Source: Sebaldella sp. (GTDB lineage: Bacteria > Fusobacteriota > Fusobacteriia > Fusobacteriales > Leptotrichiaceae). From it: DNA of 64,000 nt. The position numbers and the translations under genes are program-made. Below are positions 1-10,777 of this stretch, piece after piece. Positions within the stretch are counted from its first letter, which is position 1. Each line of letters begins with the position of its first letter. The notes below the pieces were generated by a model. That model searched no databases. It was given only the letters and a program-made list of their open reading frames with translations, and was not told the DNA's origin. Location of the stretch: positions 7,303-71,302 of the forward strand of contig JAGOZX010000003.1 of NCBI GenBank assembly GCA_018058425.1, written 5' to 3'.

Positions 1-1
1 A

Positions 2-457
2 AGGGCATTAGCTGTTGATCCAAAAATGATAGTTTGTGATGAGCCTATTTCAGCATTAGATGTATCAATACAGGCACAAGTGGTAAACTTACTGAAAGAC
101 TTACAGCAGCAAAAAGGTTTAACATTATTATTTATAGCACATGATTTATCAATGGTAAAATATATTTCAGACAGAGTGGCAGTAATGTATAGAGGGAAAA
201 TCGTAGAGTTAGGAACATCAGATGAGGTATACGATAATCCTGTTCATTCTTATACAAAGTCATTAATTTCTGCAGTTCCAATAGCAGATCCATTAAATGA
301 TAGGGCAGCATCAATTGATGCAGATGAATCATATTTAAGAAGTCCAATTGGAAATGTGTCGGAGATAAAAATAGTTCCGACAGAACCTGAATTAACAGAA
401 TATAAACCAAATCATTATGTGGAAACAGAATTTTTGAGAAGTCAAAATTTATTATAA
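2..457 (+). CDS. oppF: Oligopeptide ABC transporter ATPase, 3' part (5'-truncated by window)
   Basis: Frame open from window edge (RALAVDPKM...); Walker B/D-loop [35 protein letters not shown]. Confidence 0.9.
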   Translation, partial: RALAVDPKMIVCDEPISALDVSIQAQVVNLLKDLQQQKGLTLLFIAHDLSMVKYISDRVAVMYRGKIVELGTSDEVYDNPVHSYTKSLISAVPIADPLNDRAASIDADESYLRSPIGNVSEIKIVPTEPELTEYKPNHYVETEFLRSQNLL

Positions 458-477
458 ATAAAATATTGGAGGTATGT

Positions 478-2067
478 ATGAAGAAATTTTTACTTGTTTT
501 ACTAAGCTTTTGTATGCTAGTTTCTTGTGGAAGCGGGAGCGGGAGCAAAAAAGACAGTGTTAGCTTTAACTTAGAGGTGGAACCTACTTCACTAGATCCA
601 CAACGTTTAACAGATGAAGCAGCCCTAAATATCACACAAATGCTTTATGAAGGCTTAGTTAGATTAAATGAAAAAGAAGAATTGATACCAGCAGGAGCAG
701 AAAGCTGGGAAGTAAGCCCAGATGGACTAAAATGGACATTTAAAATTAGAAAAGATATGAAGTGGTCAAATGGAGACACGGTAACCGCTAAGGATTATTA
801 TAATGGAATAAAAAGAGGGATAGATCCTGATTTGGCTAGTGAATATGCATATTTAACATATTATATAAAAGGTGCAAAAGATTTTAATGAAGGAAAAATA
901 AAAGATTTTAATCAAGTAGGAATGAAAGTAGTAGATGATTATACTTTAGAGTTTGAATTAGCAGATCCAACAGCTTATTTTGGGAAAATGCTAATAATGC
1001 CTATATTTTATCCAATAAATGAAAAGGCTATAGCTGAATTTGGAGATAAATATGCATTAGAACCAAAAAGTTCAATTTATAATGGTCCATATTCATTAAA
1101 GGAATGGAGCCATGGAAGTAAAATCGTTTTAGAGAAAAATGCAGATTACTGGGATAAAACTTCATATAAGATTGGTGAAGTTGTTGCTTTAATATCAGCA
1201 GACTTAGATTCAGCAGTAAATTCTTATGAAAATAAAGAATTAGATATAACAAAAATAACTACAGAAAAAATAGCAGCGTATAAAGGAAAACCTGAATTAA
1301 CAAGTTATCCAGATGGAAGAGTATTTTATTTTTCATTTAATTTAAAAAATGATATCCTAAAAAATGAAAAAGTAAGACAGGCATTATCATTAGCAATAGA
1401 TAGAGATAAGTTAGTAAATGAAGTTTTAGGTAATGGTTCAGAAAAAGGAAGTGGAATTGTAGCTTCTGGAGTACCAGGTCTAAAAGATGATTTTAGAAAA
1501 GAAAATGGAGATCTTTATGCACAGTATAAAGACTTAGATATAAAAGCATTATTTGAAGAAGGATTAAAAGAACTTGGAAAAACACCAGCTGATGTAAAAT
1601 TAGCGCTATTAATAGACGAGCAAGGAACAGCTAAAAAAGAAGCAGAATTTTATCAGGCACAATGGAAAGAAAAATTAGGAATAGATGTTTCAGTAGATCA
1701 GACTACAAAGAAAGATAGAATAGCTAGATCTAGATCAGGAGATTTTGATATAGTAAGATATTCTTGGGGGCCTGATTACTCAGATGCAATGACATATTTA
1801 GAATTATTTTTCTCAAATACTGAAATGAACATACCTAGATATGTAAGTTCAGAATATGATAGACTTTTAGATATTGGTAGAAAAAGTAATAACCATGAAG
1901 AAAGAATGAAAGCAATGAAGGATGCAGAGATAATGATTACAAAAGAATTCCCATATTCAGGAATATATTATCAATCAGTAAATATTTTAGTAAATCCAAG
2001 AGTAAAAAATGTTCACTTTAAATCAGTAGGAGCACCAATAGATCTTTCAAAAGCTACTATAGAATAA
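478..2067 (+). CDS. oppA: Oligopeptide-binding lipoprotein (SBP family 5), paralogue 1
   Basis: GGAGG RBS before ATG 478; lipobox LVSC; EPTSLDP, LYEGL, WSNGD, NGPY, WGPDY. Confidence 0.93.
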   Translation: MKKFLLVLLSFCMLVSCGSGSGSKKDSVSFNLEVEPTSLDPQRLTDEAALNITQMLYEGLVRLNEKEELIPAGAESWEVSPDGLKWTFKIRKDMKWSNGDTVTAKDYYNGIKRGIDPDLASEYAYLTYYIKGAKDFNEGKIKDFNQVGMKVVDDYTLEFELADPTAYFGKMLIMPIFYPINEKAIAEFGDKYALEPKSSIYNGPYSLKEWSHGSKIVLEKNADYWDKTSYKIGEVVALISADLDSAVNSYENKELDITKITTEKIAAYKGKPELTSYPDGRVFYFSFNLKNDILKNEKVRQALSLAIDRDKLVNEVLGNGSEKGSGIVASGVPGLKDDFRKENGDLYAQYKDLDIKALFEEGLKELGKTPADVKLALLIDEQGTAKKEAEFYQAQWKEKLGIDVSVDQTTKKDRIARSRSGDFDIVRYSWGPDYSDAMTYLELFFSNTEMNIPRYVSSEYDRLLDIGRKSNNHEERMKAMKDAEIMITKEFPYSGIYYQSVNILVNPRVKNVHFKSVGAPIDLSKATIE

Positions 2068-2092
2068 AAGAAGAATTATATTAGGAGGAAAA

Positions 2093-3667
2093 ATGAAAAA
2101 ACTATTTTTAATGTTAACTTTGTTTATTATGATTTTATCTTGTGGTGGTACGAAAACAAGTGGAACTACTGTAACTTTAAACTTTATTGACGAACCAAAG
2201 ACAATTGATCCACAGTTAGCAACAGATACATCAGCAACAAAGTTAAATGCTCTATTAACAGAGGGATTAACAAGACAAGATGAAAAAGGAAACCCTGTAC
2301 CAGGAATTGCAGAAAAATGGGACATAAGTGAAGATGGTCTAGTTTGGACATTTCATTTAAGAGATGCAAAATGGGAAAATGGAGAACCAATAACAGCAGC
2401 AGATTTTAAATTTGGATGGTTAAGAGCAGTAGATCCTAAAACTGCAGCAGAGTATGCTTATATGATTTACCCAATCAAAGGAGCAGAAGAGTTTAACACA
2501 GGTAAAGGATCGAAGGAAGATGTAGGAATAAAAGTAATAGATGATAAGACATTAGAAGTTACACTTAAGAGTCCAACAGCTTATCTTCCCGCACTATTAA
2601 GCTTTCAAACTTTTGCACCAATAAATGAAAAGTTTTATGCAAGTGTAGGAGAATCATATGCTCTAGATTCAGGAAAAGTACTTTCAAGTGGGCCATATAA
2701 ATTAGTAAAATGGACTCATAATGAAGGTTTAGACCTAGTAAAAAATGAAAATTACTGGGATAAAGCTAATGTAAAAATAGATAATGTAAAAGTAAAACTA
2801 ATAAATGATACATCAGCTTCATTAGGAGCTTTTAAAAATGATGAGTTAGATGTAACAGCTATTACAGTGGAACAGTACCAAGAATTCAAAGATGATAAAA
2901 GACTAACTCCTTATGATGATGGGTCAGTATGGTATTTAGAATATAATTTAAAAAATAAATTTTTAAGCAATAAAAAAATAAGACAGGCTTTAACTTTGGC
3001 AGTAGATAAAGAAGAACTAGGTGGAATACTGCAACAAATGGGTAAACCAGCTTATGGTTATGTTCCAGAATTTATTCAAGGTGTAAGTAAGTCATTTAGA
3101 GAAGAAGCAGGAGACACTTTCCCACACTATAATCCAGATGAAGCAAGAAAATTATACGCAGAGGGATTAAAGGAATTAGGATTAGATAAAGCACCAAAAG
3201 TTTCTATAATATTTAATGATTCTGGAAATAATAAAAAAGTAATTCAATATGTACAAGAAAAAATAAGAAAAGAACTAGGATTAGAATTAGATGTTCAATT
3301 ATTACCATTTAAAGAAAGACTAGCAAAAATGACGCAAAAAGATTTTGATATAGTATTAGCAGGATGGAGTGCGGACTATAATGATGCATTAAGTTACATG
3401 GATTTATGGCTAACTGGTGGTGGAAATAATCATACTTCATATTCAAATCCTAAATATGATGAATTAATAAAAATAGGACAGACTAGTCCAGATCAAAAAA
3501 CAAGAATAGAAGCAATGATACAAGCAGAAAAAATACTTGGAGATGATATGCCAGCTGGAATGCTTTATTTCAGAAAGCAAGTAGCTTTGGTAAACCCAAG
3601 ATTATTAGATATGAAATTTAAGCCAACTGGTTCAGAATTTTATTTATATGATGCGAGTGTTAAGTAA
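2093..3667 (+). CDS. oppA: Oligopeptide-binding lipoprotein, paralogue 2
   Basis: Lipobox ILSC; EPKTIDP, TEGLTR, SGPY, GWSADY. Confidence 0.93.
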   Translation: MKKLFLMLTLFIMILSCGGTKTSGTTVTLNFIDEPKTIDPQLATDTSATKLNALLTEGLTRQDEKGNPVPGIAEKWDISEDGLVWTFHLRDAKWENGEPITAADFKFGWLRAVDPKTAAEYAYMIYPIKGAEEFNTGKGSKEDVGIKVIDDKTLEVTLKSPTAYLPALLSFQTFAPINEKFYASVGESYALDSGKVLSSGPYKLVKWTHNEGLDLVKNENYWDKANVKIDNVKVKLINDTSASLGAFKNDELDVTAITVEQYQEFKDDKRLTPYDDGSVWYLEYNLKNKFLSNKKIRQALTLAVDKEELGGILQQMGKPAYGYVPEFIQGVSKSFREEAGDTFPHYNPDEARKLYAEGLKELGLDKAPKVSIIFNDSGNNKKVIQYVQEKIRKELGLELDVQLLPFKERLAKMTQKDFDIVLAGWSADYNDALSYMDLWLTGGGNNHTSYSNPKYDELIKIGQTSPDQKTRIEAMIQAEKILGDDMPAGMLYFRKQVALVNPRLLDMKFKPTGSEFYLYDASVK

Positions 3668-3690
3668 GGTAAGTTAAAATAGGATATAAT

Positions 3691-3736
3691 GAGGGCTCTC
3701 ACTTTAGATTTTTATAATCAAATAGTGAGGGCTCTT
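3691..3736 (+). terminator. Stem-loop after oppA2 (probable terminator)
   Basis: GAGGGCTCTCACT...AGTGAGGGCTCTT inverted repeat; short U tract. Confidence 0.5.
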
Positions 3737-3754
3737 ATAATTTAGGAGGGTGAA

Positions 3755-3781
3755 ATGAGAAAGATGTTATTGTTTATATGA
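3755..3781 (+). pseudogene. RBS+ATG stub MRKMLLFI*, likely 5' remnant of a secreted/lipoprotein gene
   Basis: AGGAGG before ATG; 8 codons resembling the MKKLFL starts of neighbouring OppA genes. Confidence 0.4.
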
Positions 3782-3900
3782 TGCAACAATAGAATAAAAT
3801 AAATTAATAAAAATAAAGCAACATAGGAATTCAACTTTAAAAGCATTTGAAATAAAGATAGGTTTTTAGCTTATTATTATTTTAAAGCAATTATTGTTAT

Positions 3901-3934
3901 AGATTCTTACGTCGCTTTACTCCTCAGAATGACA
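3901..3934 (+). repeat. REP-like 34-bp element, copy 1
   Basis: AG ATTCT TACGTCGCTTTACTCCTC AGAAT GACA. Confidence 0.85.
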
Positions 3935-3945
3935 AGAATAAAGGG

Positions 3946-3994
3946 AATGGCTTATTTTAGGTATTATAAAAATACTCTAAAATAGCCATTTTTT
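3946..3994. terminator. Inverted repeat between convergent oppA2 and autotransporter (probable terminator)
   Basis: AATGGCTTATTTTAG...CTAAAATAGCCATT followed by T run. Confidence 0.65.
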
Positions 3995-4009
3995 CTTACT
4001 TAATTCTCA

Positions 4010-6802
4010 TTAATTCAATGTCAACCTTGCACCAACAGAGAAAACATTATTTGTAGTTTTTGAACTTTCAATTTGCATATCATAGTTAGCATACCAAGCC
4101 CAGTCTGAATTAATTTCAGTAAGAGCTCCAATACCTACCCATGCAGTATCATTAGAAAGCCCAATACCTTTTACTTTAAACTTTTCATTACTTAAACCTA
4201 CATAAGAAGCTTCAAATGATAAGTCTTCGTCATTAAATGCCCATTGCCATGAAAGATATCCTTGAAGTGTAGTTCTTCCTGCAAACCAGTTAAAGTTTGT
4301 TTCTGCTCTTAAACCTAGTAAGCCTGATGTTTGATCATATGTTTTGCTGTCAGCCTCTAAACCAAAAAGACTGTTATCCTCTGAAAAACTTCCTCTTGTT
4401 ACACTATCATACATAAGACCAGCAAATGGAGTAATACTTGTGTTTTTAGAAGTTTTAAACTTATATCCAACCTCGCCATATCCTGACAGAACATAGTCAT
4501 TATGATCAATCGAAAGATTTTCTACATTAGAACCTATTATAACATCCCTTTCGACGCCACTAGCTACATAAGCCCCTCCTAGTCTTCCTAATAGATAGAA
4601 GCTGTCATCAGTTTTTCCATATCTACCATAAATTGATAAACCAGCATTTTGACTTTTTGATTCTCCAGCATATCTATTAAAGTCAGCCTTTGAATCAGAG
4701 AAAGAAAGAGCAATACCTAATATAGTATTGGCATTTATACTCTTATCAATACCTATTTGTCCACCATATAAATAAGTATCAGCTTCTGCATAACCAGATT
4801 CATAGAGTTTACCCACAGATCCAATACCATTAAACCATAAACCTGTAGAATTATCATTATTATTTTCCATGCTTCCTAACATTACTAATCTATTAGATAA
4901 ATCTTTATTTATAGTTTGTGATTGTTGGAAAGTTAGTGCTTGTGCAGAGGCATATATCTGTCCTGAAAGGCTATCCAATGTAACGGCTAGAGTCTTAGCA
5001 GAAGATTGCTGTAAAAGCGCTGCCTGAGTTCTAAACTTATCTTTTCCAGTAGAATTATCTAAAACTCTAAAGACTTGCTCTAAATTTTCAGATGAGTTAT
5101 CTCTTGTTGCATCTGAATTATAAGCTTGTGAAGCATAAGCAGAAATATTTTTTCTCTCTAAATTTAATTCCACATTATTAGGATTATATTTAACTTCTGA
5201 TTTTAAAAGTATAGGTGTATTAATAGAATTAAAACCACTTTCGATACCATTATCTGCAACTATAATTTTATTCGTTATTCCATTATTTGCACTTACATAA
5301 ACGGGATTACTATTCTCATCTTTAGGAGAATTTACTTTAAGCTGAGAACCTGATAAAACTGCTTTTCCTTTAATTTTTATAGTTGCGTTTATATCACTTT
5401 CAGTGACAGAATCAGTACTTGCAATATAGTTTCCATTTATTGTAGTACCATTACTTTTATTAATAAAAGTTCCCCCTTCATTGATAACATCATTACCAAT
5501 ATAGCCTCCATTACTAGAAAGAGTTCCATTTTTTGTTACATTAACTTGTGATAAAACTTTTCCATTTACCTGTAAAACGCCTCCATTTACAACGTTTTCT
5601 CCAGTATAAGTATTATTCCCTGTTAGAACTAATGTTCCTGTTCCGTTTTTCACAAGTCCGGCATCTCCGCTAATATCATTTTCAAATTTTGAAGTAACTG
5701 AATCAAATGTCACGAAAACATAGTTAGCTAAGGCAAGTCTTTTATCAAATAATGCAGGTCCATTAACGGCTTTACCAACATTTAGTAAACCCCAACCATA
5801 AATCTTATCTACACCTAGATCACCCTTGTCAGTTGCAGTAGATAGAAGAGTTTGTCTTATAAGATCACCATTCATCCAACTATATTTTTGCTTTACTAAT
5901 CCAGCGGCCCCAGTTACAGTGGGAGTAGAAAAAGAAGTCCCTTTTCCAGTTACATTTTCAACATAAAAATCATAATCCCCAACAGCTGCTAAACACCAGT
6001 TCATAGCTACTCCACATTTATTAGCATAGTCGCTAATTAGGCCGGTTTTAGAATCCACAGCTGTAACAGCAAGCCAACCTTTTTGCAAACTAGGATATAA
6101 GTATGGAAGACCGGCTTCAGCCCCTGGTTGAGTGAGCTTAGAATTACCTGTTGCCCAGATAAATAAAGAGTCTGTAGCAGTTTTTTGCTGGTAAAAATTA
6201 ATAACAGGGTCAGAAAGTGGATAATTATTTTTAGTTGCCATGATAATGCTGTCATCACTAGAACCAAAAGACTGATTAAAAATCCGAACACCTTTATTAT
6301 ATAGAGTATCATACATAAGTCTTGTAGCATCTACACACTCATTTTCACCATTTGAACATGTTACACCAGCAGAAATAGCCTCCATTTTAATATTAGGAGC
6401 AATACCAATTCTTTTTCCTCCAATTATTTCAGCCACTAAGCTGCCATGTGGGTTGCTATTACCAGTAAAATTACTATCAACAATTAAACGTGATACTCCA
6501 GGTGAAGTCAGAAATTCTGGATTCATTCCTTCAAAACTGCTGTCGATAATACCTACAACAACGCCTGTTCCATCAAGACCTTGATTTTTTGCAGGGTTTG
6601 TATTATGAGGGTCACTGGTACTAAATGGAACATCGGGAGCACTAGGGGTAGGAACTGGTGGTGTAGGGGGCGGTGTAGGTGTAACAGGAGTGGGAGTAGC
6701 AGGACTAGTTCCGCCATTTCCACCACCGCCACCTCCTCCAGAACTTCCACAACTAGCGAGAAGCGCTATTAATGTTACTGCCAATAAAAAGTTTCTTTTC
6801 AT
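4010..6802 (-). CDS. Lipidated subtilisin-like (S8) serine protease autotransporter (NalP/SphB1/fusolisin-like architecture)
   Basis: Lipobox LLASC; Gly/Pro-rich linker; triad motifs VGIIDS, NPHGSLVA, GTSFSTP; YGWGLLNVGKAVNGP; PATR-like LVKNGTGTLVLTGNNTYTG; C-terminal beta-barrel. Confidence 0.92.
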   Translation of the reverse strand: MKRNFLLAVTLIALLASCGSSGGGGGGGNGGTSPATPTPVTPTPPPTPPVPTPSAPDVPFSTSDPHNTNPAKNQGLDGTGVVVGIIDSSFEGMNPEFLTSPGVSRLIVDSNFTGNSNPHGSLVAEIIGGKRIGIAPNIKMEAISAGVTCSNGENECVDATRLMYDTLYNKGVRIFNQSFGSSDDSIIMATKNNYPLSDPVINFYQQKTATDSLFIWATGNSKLTQPGAEAGLPYLYPSLQKGWLAVTAVDSKTGLISDYANKCGVAMNWCLAAVGDYDFYVENVTGKGTSFSTPTVTGAAGLVKQKYSWMNGDLIRQTLLSTATDKGDLGVDKIYGWGLLNVGKAVNGPALFDKRLALANYVFVTFDSVTSKFENDISGDAGLVKNGTGTLVLTGNNTYTGENVVNGGVLQVNGKVLSQVNVTKNGTLSSNGGYIGNDVINEGGTFINKSNGTTINGNYIASTDSVTESDINATIKIKGKAVLSGSQLKVNSPKDENSNPVYVSANNGITNKIIVADNGIESGFNSINTPILLKSEVKYNPNNVELNLERKNISAYASQAYNSDATRDNSSENLEQVFRVLDNSTGKDKFRTQAALLQQSSAKTLAVTLDSLSGQIYASAQALTFQQSQTINKDLSNRLVMLGSMENNNDNSTGLWFNGIGSVGKLYESGYAEADTYLYGGQIGIDKSINANTILGIALSFSDSKADFNRYAGESKSQNAGLSIYGRYGKTDDSFYLLGRLGGAYVASGVERDVIIGSNVENLSIDHNDYVLSGYGEVGYKFKTSKNTSITPFAGLMYDSVTRGSFSEDNSLFGLEADSKTYDQTSGLLGLRAETNFNWFAGRTTLQGYLSWQWAFNDEDLSFEASYVGLSNEKFKVKGIGLSNDTAWVGIGALTEINSDWAWYANYDMQIESSKTTNNVFSVGARLTLN

Positions 6803-6867
6803 AAATCACTCCTTCATATAAGATATTAAATTGTTATGAAAATCATTTAATTAATCCTTGCGAAAAA

Positions 6868-6886
6868 ATAACAAAAGTTTTGTTAT
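6868..6886. promoter_or_regulatory. Perfect 9-1-9 palindrome, candidate operator
   Basis: ATAACAAAA-G-TTTTGTTAT, about 65 bp upstream of the protease ATG. Confidence 0.4.
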
Positions 6887-7363
6887 AGGTGGAATCTTTA
6901 TAGTTAGTGTGATTCTTGCTAGAAAAAATTATAACTACAATTTTTTATTCATTATAATATTACATAAAAATTTAATTTATATGCTTAATTAGTATATAAA
7001 AAGATTAAATAAATTATGAAAGTTAATAGATTTTGGAACGGTTTTTTATTATTAATGAATTGATGAAAACTATATATAATTCTTAATTAACCACAAGGAT
7101 TATTCATAACGTTTACATAAATTATTATACTAACTACATATATAAAAGTCAAGAAAGTTAATATCAATAATAGAAATTTCTTAGTTTATAATTTTTTTTT
7201 TGATATATTATTCAATAAAAAGAGTTTTTATTTACAAAAAGATAAATTGTAGGTCATGTGTTTGTGTTAATATAAAAAAGGAAGAATACAATAGGTAGTA
7301 AAAAAGATAAAAATTTAGTAGAATGTTATTATAGAGTGAAATAAAATCATGAAGGGAGAAAAA

Positions 7364-8950
7364 ATGAAAAAGCTGTTTTTATTATTAATATTAATGTGTT
7401 TGTTTGTTTCATGCGGAGAAAAGGGAAATGATAAGTCGATAAAAAAATTGATTGTTAATGAGGATGCTGAACCAAAATCTATAGATCCGGGATTGGTTAA
7501 TGATCAGACTGGAATTGCAATAAATTCGTTAGTGAGTGAAGGTTTGACAAGGCAGGATAAAGACGGAAACCCTGTGGCTGGTTTGGCAGAAAAATGGGAT
7601 GTAAGTGAAGATGGATTAACATGGACTTTCCACTTGAGAGATGGGATAAAATGGTCAGGAGGGGAACCAATTACAGCAAATGATTTTAAATTTGCATGGT
7701 TAAGAGTACTAGATAAAAATACAGTATCTGAATATGCATATATGCTTTATCCTATAAAAGGGGCAAGAGCGTATAATGAGGGAGATGGAAAAAGAGAAGA
7801 TGTTGCAATAAAAGTAATAGATGATAAGACATTAGAAGTAGTTTTAGAACGTCCAACTGCTTACTTTGCCTCATTAGCTGCTTATACAACTTATTCTCCA
7901 GTAAATGAGAAATATTTTAATGAAAAAGGAAAAGACTTTGCTGTAGAAGCCAAAGATATGGAATATAGTGGTCCTTATAAAATAGAAAAATGGGCTCATG
8001 ATTCTAATTTTATATTAGTGAAAAATGAAAATTATTGGAATAAAGATCAGATAAAGTTAGATGTTATTGAAGTTAAGCTTATTGCAGAAAGTGCATCAGC
8101 GCTAAATGCTTTTACTAATGGTGAGGTTGATTTAATTAGATTAACGGCAGAACAATATTCAAAATATGAAAAAGATGAAAGAGTTCATGTATTTAATAAT
8201 AATACAGTCTGGTATTTAGAGTATAATCTGAAAAATAAATTTTTAAGTAATAAAAAAATTAGACAGGCTTTGACTTTGGCAATTGATAAAGATGAGATGG
8301 TAAATACGATTTTAAGAGGTTCTGCAAAGTCAGCTTATGGAATGGTTCCAACTGGATTTAAAGGGAAAGAAAAAAGTTTTAGAGAAGAAAATGGAGATGT
8401 ATATCCTCACTATAATCCTGAAGAAGCAAAAAGGCTTTTTGAAGAAGGACTAAAAGAATTAGGAATGGATAAGGCTCCAGATATTTCTATAGTTATAAAT
8501 GATCAGGGAAGTAATAAAAAAATAGCAGAGTATGTACAGGAAAAATTAAGAACAGTATTAAATTTTGATCTGAGAATAGAACCATTACCATTTAAAGAAA
8601 GAATGTCTAAATTAGAACAAAAGAATTATGATATAGCTTTAGCTGGATGGGGAGCTGACTATGCTGATCCTATGACATATATGGATTTATGGATTACTAA
8701 TGGAGGAAATAATCACACTTCTTATACTAATCCTAAATACGATGAATTGATAAAAATAGCTAATAATAGTGGTGATAATACAGTAAGAATGAATGCTATG
8801 ATGGAGGCAGAAAAAATATTAGGTGAAGATATGCCGATTGGTATCCTTACATTTAATACAAGAATAGCAATGTTAAATCCTAAAGTAAAGAATGTATACT
8901 TCAAAGGTATAGGAACAGAATTTTATTTATATGATGCAAGTATAGATTAG
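7364..8950 (+). CDS. oppA: Oligopeptide-binding lipoprotein, paralogue 3
   Basis: GGAG RBS before ATG 7364; lipobox FVSC; EPKSIDP, SEGLTR, GWGADY; closest to paralogue 2. Confidence 0.93.
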   Translation: MKKLFLLLILMCLFVSCGEKGNDKSIKKLIVNEDAEPKSIDPGLVNDQTGIAINSLVSEGLTRQDKDGNPVAGLAEKWDVSEDGLTWTFHLRDGIKWSGGEPITANDFKFAWLRVLDKNTVSEYAYMLYPIKGARAYNEGDGKREDVAIKVIDDKTLEVVLERPTAYFASLAAYTTYSPVNEKYFNEKGKDFAVEAKDMEYSGPYKIEKWAHDSNFILVKNENYWNKDQIKLDVIEVKLIAESASALNAFTNGEVDLIRLTAEQYSKYEKDERVHVFNNNTVWYLEYNLKNKFLSNKKIRQALTLAIDKDEMVNTILRGSAKSAYGMVPTGFKGKEKSFREENGDVYPHYNPEEAKRLFEEGLKELGMDKAPDISIVINDQGSNKKIAEYVQEKLRTVLNFDLRIEPLPFKERMSKLEQKNYDIALAGWGADYADPMTYMDLWITNGGNNHTSYTNPKYDELIKIANNSGDNTVRMNAMMEAEKILGEDMPIGILTFNTRIAMLNPKVKNVYFKGIGTEFYLYDASID

Positions 8951-9023
8951 TTTACACAAAAATTTTTATGACTAGATGTATTTTTCTCAAACTTAAAATT
9001 AAAGTAGGTTTTAGTCAAAAAAT

Positions 9024-9072
9024 AAAAAAAGGTTATTTAGAAGTGCTTTGTAACACTCTAATAACCTTTTTT
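9024..9072. terminator. Bidirectional intrinsic terminator
   Basis: AAAAAAAGGTTATT...AATAACCTTTTTT between convergent genes. Confidence 0.75.
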
Positions 9073-9102
9073 ATACTTTATAGTATATTTTTAGATAAAA
9101 TT

Positions 9103-10665
9103 TTAGTAAGTTACTCTAAATGGCCCGCCAATACTATTAAAAATCATATCACCATTTGGTAAAAATTGGATGATTGCATAAGCTCCATTTCCAAAGTTGT
9201 CATTTCCAAAAATTGTTCTATGTTCTGTTTTTCCAGTGTCCCAGTTCATACCTGTTACTTCCCATCCATTTTTTTCAGTATATCCATTTACAAAAACTAG
9301 GTTTGATTTCGAGCTTACAGCTGGAACCATGCTAATTGATGAGACATCTCCTCTAGTCCAAACTGATTTCCAAGAGTTAGTTTTCGTATCCCATTCCACT
9401 CTTTCAGCCCCTGTAGGTGGTTTTATAACTGGTCCTAATGCAATAACTCCGACCATTCTATCTTCTGGAGCAGCATCAACGATGTTATTAATTACAAATG
9501 CACCATAATTTTTTACTACAACTGATTGTTCAGTCTGTATCCATTTTGAATTTTTTGGTAGACCTGCTGTAATTGGCATTTGTCCTGCTATACGATTTGA
9601 TTTAGTTCCTGCTTGTTGCTTAAATCCAGCTGGAATTTCATCTCTCCAAAATGCCACTATGTTCATTTTGTTTGCCCCATCTGTTATAACTACAAGTTTA
9701 TCTTCATCAGAACCAAATCCCATTAAAGTTGGTGTAGAGCCAGTTCCTTTACCAAATTTTACTGAAGGTGGCTGTTGTCCAATTTCATACTCTGTTTTCC
9801 AAGCTCCATCTTTTTCATCTTCTGAAATTTCTGTTCCTGTCCATATAATTTTTCTCATATATTTATCTGATGCTACGTAAATTGCATTTTTTTCATCAAC
9901 TGCTACTGAATTTGATACATATTCATCATTTTCAAATTGTGCTGTTTTATAATTTTTAAAGTCTCTATCTGCAACTGTAATCGAATGTGTCCCTACAATG
10001 ATTATTTTCCCATCATATGTCATACTGATACCTTGTATGTGTTCATTGCTTGCTAAGAATGTTTTTGTATCAAGGATTCTGTCTACTTTAATTCCTTTGG
10101 CTGGATCATTTTTATCAACAAGAGAAAAAGCATATACATTGCTACCATTAAAGTTTGCATACACTGTATTATCAGAATCTACAACATTATAAGTTCCATT
10201 TGCTAATCTCTTAACTCCATCATCTATTTTATAAATATTTTTAACAGCATCTTCTACTTCAGATACATTACTATATTTTTTATTTAAGACTTCTTTGTGT
10301 TGTTCATCTGTAATAACATCCATTCCTGGTGCATTAAGTCTTGAAATCTCTTTGAATTCACCATTTTTTACATCAATATAAGTTACTCCTTGTGTAGAAA
10401 CACCCCACATATAATCTGGTGATGTGGAAGCAAGAGTTATTATGTTTATAGGTCCTCCTGAAACATGCTTCATATTTTGAAGATTTACTGAGTAATTTCC
10501 TTTTTTTACCTCATATGGAAATGAGTCAGATTGTGATGAATCAAAATGAGTTATACTGTATACAGGTGCTGAGAGATAAGGATTTGATTTTGGGGATTCA
10601 GAAAAGATAGTCCCAGTCAATAAAACCAAAATACCGATTTTAATAAAAATTTTTTTCGTGATCAT
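9103..10665 (-). CDS. Secreted hypothetical protein, probably beta-rich (520 aa)
   Basis: AGGAGG RBS before ATG 10665; signal peptide MITKKIFIKIGILVLLTGTIFS; no recognised catalytic motif. Confidence 0.8.
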   Translation of the reverse strand: MITKKIFIKIGILVLLTGTIFSESPKSNPYLSAPVYSITHFDSSQSDSFPYEVKKGNYSVNLQNMKHVSGGPINIITLASTSPDYMWGVSTQGVTYIDVKNGEFKEISRLNAPGMDVITDEQHKEVLNKKYSNVSEVEDAVKNIYKIDDGVKRLANGTYNVVDSDNTVYANFNGSNVYAFSLVDKNDPAKGIKVDRILDTKTFLASNEHIQGISMTYDGKIIIVGTHSITVADRDFKNYKTAQFENDEYVSNSVAVDEKNAIYVASDKYMRKIIWTGTEISEDEKDGAWKTEYEIGQQPPSVKFGKGTGSTPTLMGFGSDEDKLVVITDGANKMNIVAFWRDEIPAGFKQQAGTKSNRIAGQMPITAGLPKNSKWIQTEQSVVVKNYGAFVINNIVDAAPEDRMVGVIALGPVIKPPTGAERVEWDTKTNSWKSVWTRGDVSSISMVPAVSSKSNLVFVNGYTEKNGWEVTGMNWDTGKTEHRTIFGNDNFGNGAYAIIQFLPNGDMIFNSIGGPFRVTY

Positions 10666-10777
10666 TAATTGTTTCCTCCTAAAGATATAATTTATTTTTA
10701 GAGTATACTCCACTTTTATTTGCATTTCAATGATATTAAAGATAAAACAATTGATACTTTAACCTTAATAAATAACT

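Noticed and set aside
8968..9162. 64-aa ORF after oppA3
   Set aside because: Runs through the bidirectional terminator, overlaps the convergent gene and has no RBS.
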